Assembly: GCA_021806845.1 (NCBI GenBank)
Contig: JAKAPV010000001.1
Coordinates: 1 to 33,362 of the forward strand
Source: Bacillota bacterium
GTDB lineage: Bacteria > Bacillota > Sulfobacillia > JAJZYS01 > JAJYTV01
Length of the DNA: 33,362 nucleotides
Reading direction: 5' to 3'
Made by a program: the position numbers and the translations under genes. The notes under the pieces were generated by a model. It had not been told where the DNA came from, searched no databases, and was given only the letters and a program-made list of their open reading frames with translations. Below, one piece after another: positions 30,829 to 33,362 of this stretch; the first letter of the stretch is position 1, and the number at the start of each line of letters is the position of its first letter.

Positions 30829-33204
30829 TCATGCGAGCCGCTCTGCGCTCCCGGCATCCTCTTCCCCGCGCACGCCGGCCGCGTACTGCGCGAGGCGCCG
30901 CGCTGCCCGCGCGAAGACGGAGTTCGGGCGGTAACCGCCATCGCCATCGTCGCCGGCCGCAACTCCCGTCAGGAGTTCGATGCCCTCGTCGATCGACGCG
31001 ATCGCGTAAATGTGGAAGCGCTCCTCCTGGACGGCCTGCAGGACCTCGGCGGACAGCATCAGGTCCGGGACGTTCTGGCGCGGGATCATGCAGCCCTGCG
31101 TGCCTGTGAGGCCCTGCGCCGCGCAGACGGCGTAAAACCCCTCGATCTTCTCGTTGACCCCGCCGATCGGCTGGATCATGCCGTTCTGGTCCACCGAGCC
31201 GGTGACGGCGATGTCCTGGCGGACCGGCAGGTCCGCAAGATCCGACAGAACGGCGTAGAGCTCGGTCGAGGACGCCGAGTCGCCTTCGATGCCGCCGTAG
31301 TTCTGCTCGATCGTGAGGCTCGCCGAGAGCGAGAGCGGCTGCGTGCGGCCGAACCTCCAGCCGAGATATCCGGAGAGGGTCAGGACGCCCTTGGAGTGGA
31401 TGGGTCCAGAGAGCTGGATCTCCCGCTCGATGTCGATCACGCCCGCGCCTCCGCAGTAGGTGCGGGCGGTGATGCGCGCAGGCAGGCCGAACTCCTCTTC
31501 GCCCTGCGTCAATACGGTGAGCCCGTTGACCTGGCCGACGCGGCCGCCGCGCGTCTCGATGCGCACCGTGCCGAGGGAGATCTGCTCGAGCATGCGTTCG
31601 CGCAGGAGGCCGCCGCGAGCTCGCCGGCTGTCCAGCGCGCCTTCGACATGCTCCGCGGCGATGGCCGCCGCCTCCTCGGCGGATGCCGCCGCCTCCGCCT
31701 CGACGGCGAGCTCGATGATTGCCGCCATGCGCGTCGAGAGCCTGCGGCGGCCCCCCGCGAAGCGCGACGCCTGCTCGATCAGGCGTGCCGCACCGGCCGC
31801 GGTGAACGGGCGAAGCCCGTGGGACTGGGAGAGGCCCGCAAGGAAGCGGACGAGCGCGGCGCGGTTCTCCGGCGAGTTCGGCATGTCGGGTGCGAAGTCG
31901 ACGCGTACCTTGAAGAGCTTTCGAAACTGCTCGTCCATCTGGCGCAGCTCGTGGTAGGCGGCTACGGGCCCGACCAGCACGACCTGCAGGTCGAGCGGGA
32001 TGGGCGCGGGCTGCAGCCCCAGCGTCGGCGTCGGGCGGTCCTCCTGGCCGATGTTCTCGATCCGGGCACTGCGGTGGAGGAGCGCGCGTTTCAGTCCCTG
32101 GTATGCCAGGGGGTTCATCAGCAGTTCTCTCGCAGGCACGATCAGGTAGCCGCCGTTCGCCCGGTGTACCGCACCGGGGCGGATCAGGGTGAAGCCGGTG
32201 CGGAGGCCGCCCGCCGCAGACTGCTCATATGCGATGCTGCCCATCAGGTTGTAATAGGCGGGGTTTGCCTCGTAGACCACAGGCACTTCACCCTCGCCGC
32301 GCACGACGAAGGCGTTCACGGCGAACCACCCGGGATCCTCCGGCGGCTGTTCGCCGTCCCGCGGCACAAGCAGCGGCAGCCATTCGGGAATCCTGCGGTA
32401 GAGTTCCCGCAGGTGATCGCGCAGCGCCGGCTCCTCGAACTGGCGCTCCATCCGCTCGAAGAGCGGCTGGCAGGTGTACGCGGCGAGCGCGTGGGCGAGT
32501 TCCTGCAGCTTGGCTTCGGATGCCTGCTGCAGGTCATGGGCGCGGCGGAGGAACGCCTCGCCGAGCTTTTGCACCTTCTGGCCCGCCTGCTCGAGGGCTT
32601 CGCGCCGTTCGGCGGACAGCTCCTGCACCTCTTGCGCCGAGAGCGGCTGGCCGTTCTCAAGCGGTTTCGTCGTCAGCCCCGTGGAGCTTGGCTGAACGGA
32701 GAAGCCGAGTTCCAGCGCGTTCTGCTGGAAGCGGGAGAACTCCGCGTCCGCCTCCTGGGCGAAGACGGTCAGCGCCTGCTCGCGTGACGCGGCATACTCC
32801 TCCGAGGCGAACGCCTGCGGCAGCCGCTGCTGACACTCGCGCTGCAACTGGCGCAGCGCCTGCTGAAAGCGTGGCCCCTGACCCGCAGGCACTGCGGCGG
32901 CTTGCGGCGAAGATGGATCTTGGAAGTTCGGCAGGTAGAGCCAGTCTTTCGCGGGCGGCAGGTCTCCCGCCGCCTCCCGCAGACGCCTGCGCGCATAGGT
33001 GGTGCGCCCCGTGCCCGTCGGGCCGGAAAGGTACACGTGGTAGCCGTGGCGGCGCAGGGAAAGGGCGAGCGACATCGCCTCCTCCGCCCGGGGCTGGCCG
33101 ATGAGCTCCTCTCGCGTGTCGAGTTCCGCGGTTGTGCGAAAGCCGAGTTCGGTCGGATCGAGAGTCCAGCGCAGCGCATCGATCGAGAGCGGCTGCACAG
33201 CCAT
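30829..33204 (-). CDS. Lon-like protease with AAA-like domain carrying degenerate Walker motifs (LonC-type)
   Basis: The S16 protease domain has IEGDSASSTELYAVLS (Ser) and GGVNEKIEGF (Lys). The AAA-like region has GPTGTGRTTY (Arg in place of the Walker A Lys) and GGYLIVPAREL (no Asp-Glu in Walker B), plus a long coiled insertion. ATG 33204 follows GAGAGGTGG. The ORF-track extension to 33351 is rejected. Confidence 0.85.
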   Translation of the reverse strand: MAVQPLSIDALRWTLDPTELGFRTTAELDTREELIGQPRAEEAMSLALSLRRHGYHVYLSGPTGTGRTTYARRRLREAAGDLPPAKDWLYLPNFQDPSSPQAAAVPAGQGPRFQQALRQLQRECQQRLPQAFASEEYAASREQALTVFAQEADAEFSRFQQNALELGFSVQPSSTGLTTKPLENGQPLSAQEVQELSAERREALEQAGQKVQKLGEAFLRRAHDLQQASEAKLQELAHALAAYTCQPLFERMERQFEEPALRDHLRELYRRIPEWLPLLVPRDGEQPPEDPGWFAVNAFVVRGEGEVPVVYEANPAYYNLMGSIAYEQSAAGGLRTGFTLIRPGAVHRANGGYLIVPARELLMNPLAYQGLKRALLHRSARIENIGQEDRPTPTLGLQPAPIPLDLQVVLVGPVAAYHELRQMDEQFRKLFKVRVDFAPDMPNSPENRAALVRFLAGLSQSHGLRPFTAAGAARLIEQASRFAGGRRRLSTRMAAIIELAVEAEAAASAEEAAAIAAEHVEGALDSRRARGGLLRERMLEQISLGTVRIETRGGRVGQVNGLTVLTQGEEEFGLPARITARTYCGGAGVIDIEREIQLSGPIHSKGVLTLSGYLGWRFGRTQPLSLSASLTIEQNYGGIEGDSASSTELYAVLSDLADLPVRQDIAVTGSVDQNGMIQPIGGVNEKIEGFYAVCAAQGLTGTQGCMIPRQNVPDLMLSAEVLQAVQEERFHIYAIASIDEGIELLTGVAAGDDGDGGYRPNSVFARAARRLAQYAAGVRGEEDAGSAERLA

Positions 33205-33362
33205 GAGACCACCTCTCGGCTGGGTTTCGGAATGCGCAAGGGGACTCCTGCAGGAAGGGGCTGGCTCCTTGGAAGCGGAGTTGCGGAGGGAATTGCGCCA
33301 GGCCGTGCGGCGAGGCGCGAGGGAAGGACTCCTGCGCGGAACGTTCGGCAATGTCTCTGCGC

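Noticed and set aside
30829-33204. Lon-like protease as BrxL of a BREX defence system.
   Set aside because: No other BREX genes are in the window (the adjacent downstream locus is the rib operon). The degenerate Walker motifs and long insertion fit LonC better. The upstream context is outside the window, so this is left open only as a check.
1-33362. Search for CRISPR arrays, tRNA/rRNA genes and long direct or tandem repeats.
   Set aside because: No regularly spaced repeats, no tRNA-like T-arm/acceptor patterns and no rRNA-like segments were seen. The only notable repeats are the short IS-end motifs and hairpins listed above.

Overview
This is a GC-rich bacterial chromosomal segment. Strong AGGAGG-type ribosome-binding sites (SD), an AbrB regulator, and a ribD-ribE-ribBA-ribH operon behind an FMN riboswitch point to a Firmicutes-like organism (inference).

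- **1-9.6 kb:** A tightly coupled plus-strand sulfur-oxidation locus of the sHdr-LbpA kind: hdrA (5' truncated by the window edge), a hypothetical gene, an HdrC-HdrB fusion, etfB, etfA, a membrane HdrD-like Etf:quinone oxidoreductase, two GcvH-like lipoate-binding proteins, a lipoate-protein ligase, tusA, dsrE, and a Cys-less GAF protein. From memory, this gene set matches the little-studied 'type II' sHdr layout.
- **9.7-12.2 kb:** proBA on the minus strand.
- **12.5-15.3 kb:** A BNR/Asp-box gene remnant split by an apparently intact IS607-family element (serine-recombinase tnpA plus RuvC-intact tnpB, with a candidate omega-RNA region).
- **15.3-25.9 kb:**
  - an EamA transporter
  - a minus-strand operon of a pentapeptide-repeat (Qnr/McbG-like) protein, an epimerase and an ABC-2 exporter
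  - a metallophosphoesterase
  - a large BNR lipoprotein
  - an MFS transporter
  - a DUF3311 plus sodium:solute symporter pair
  - a DUF202 protein
- **26.0-33.2 kb:** abrB, the rib operon with an appended methyltransferase, and a LonC-like protease with degenerate Walker motifs.

No CRISPR array, tRNA or rRNA was seen. Many long alternate-frame ORFs are GC artefacts.
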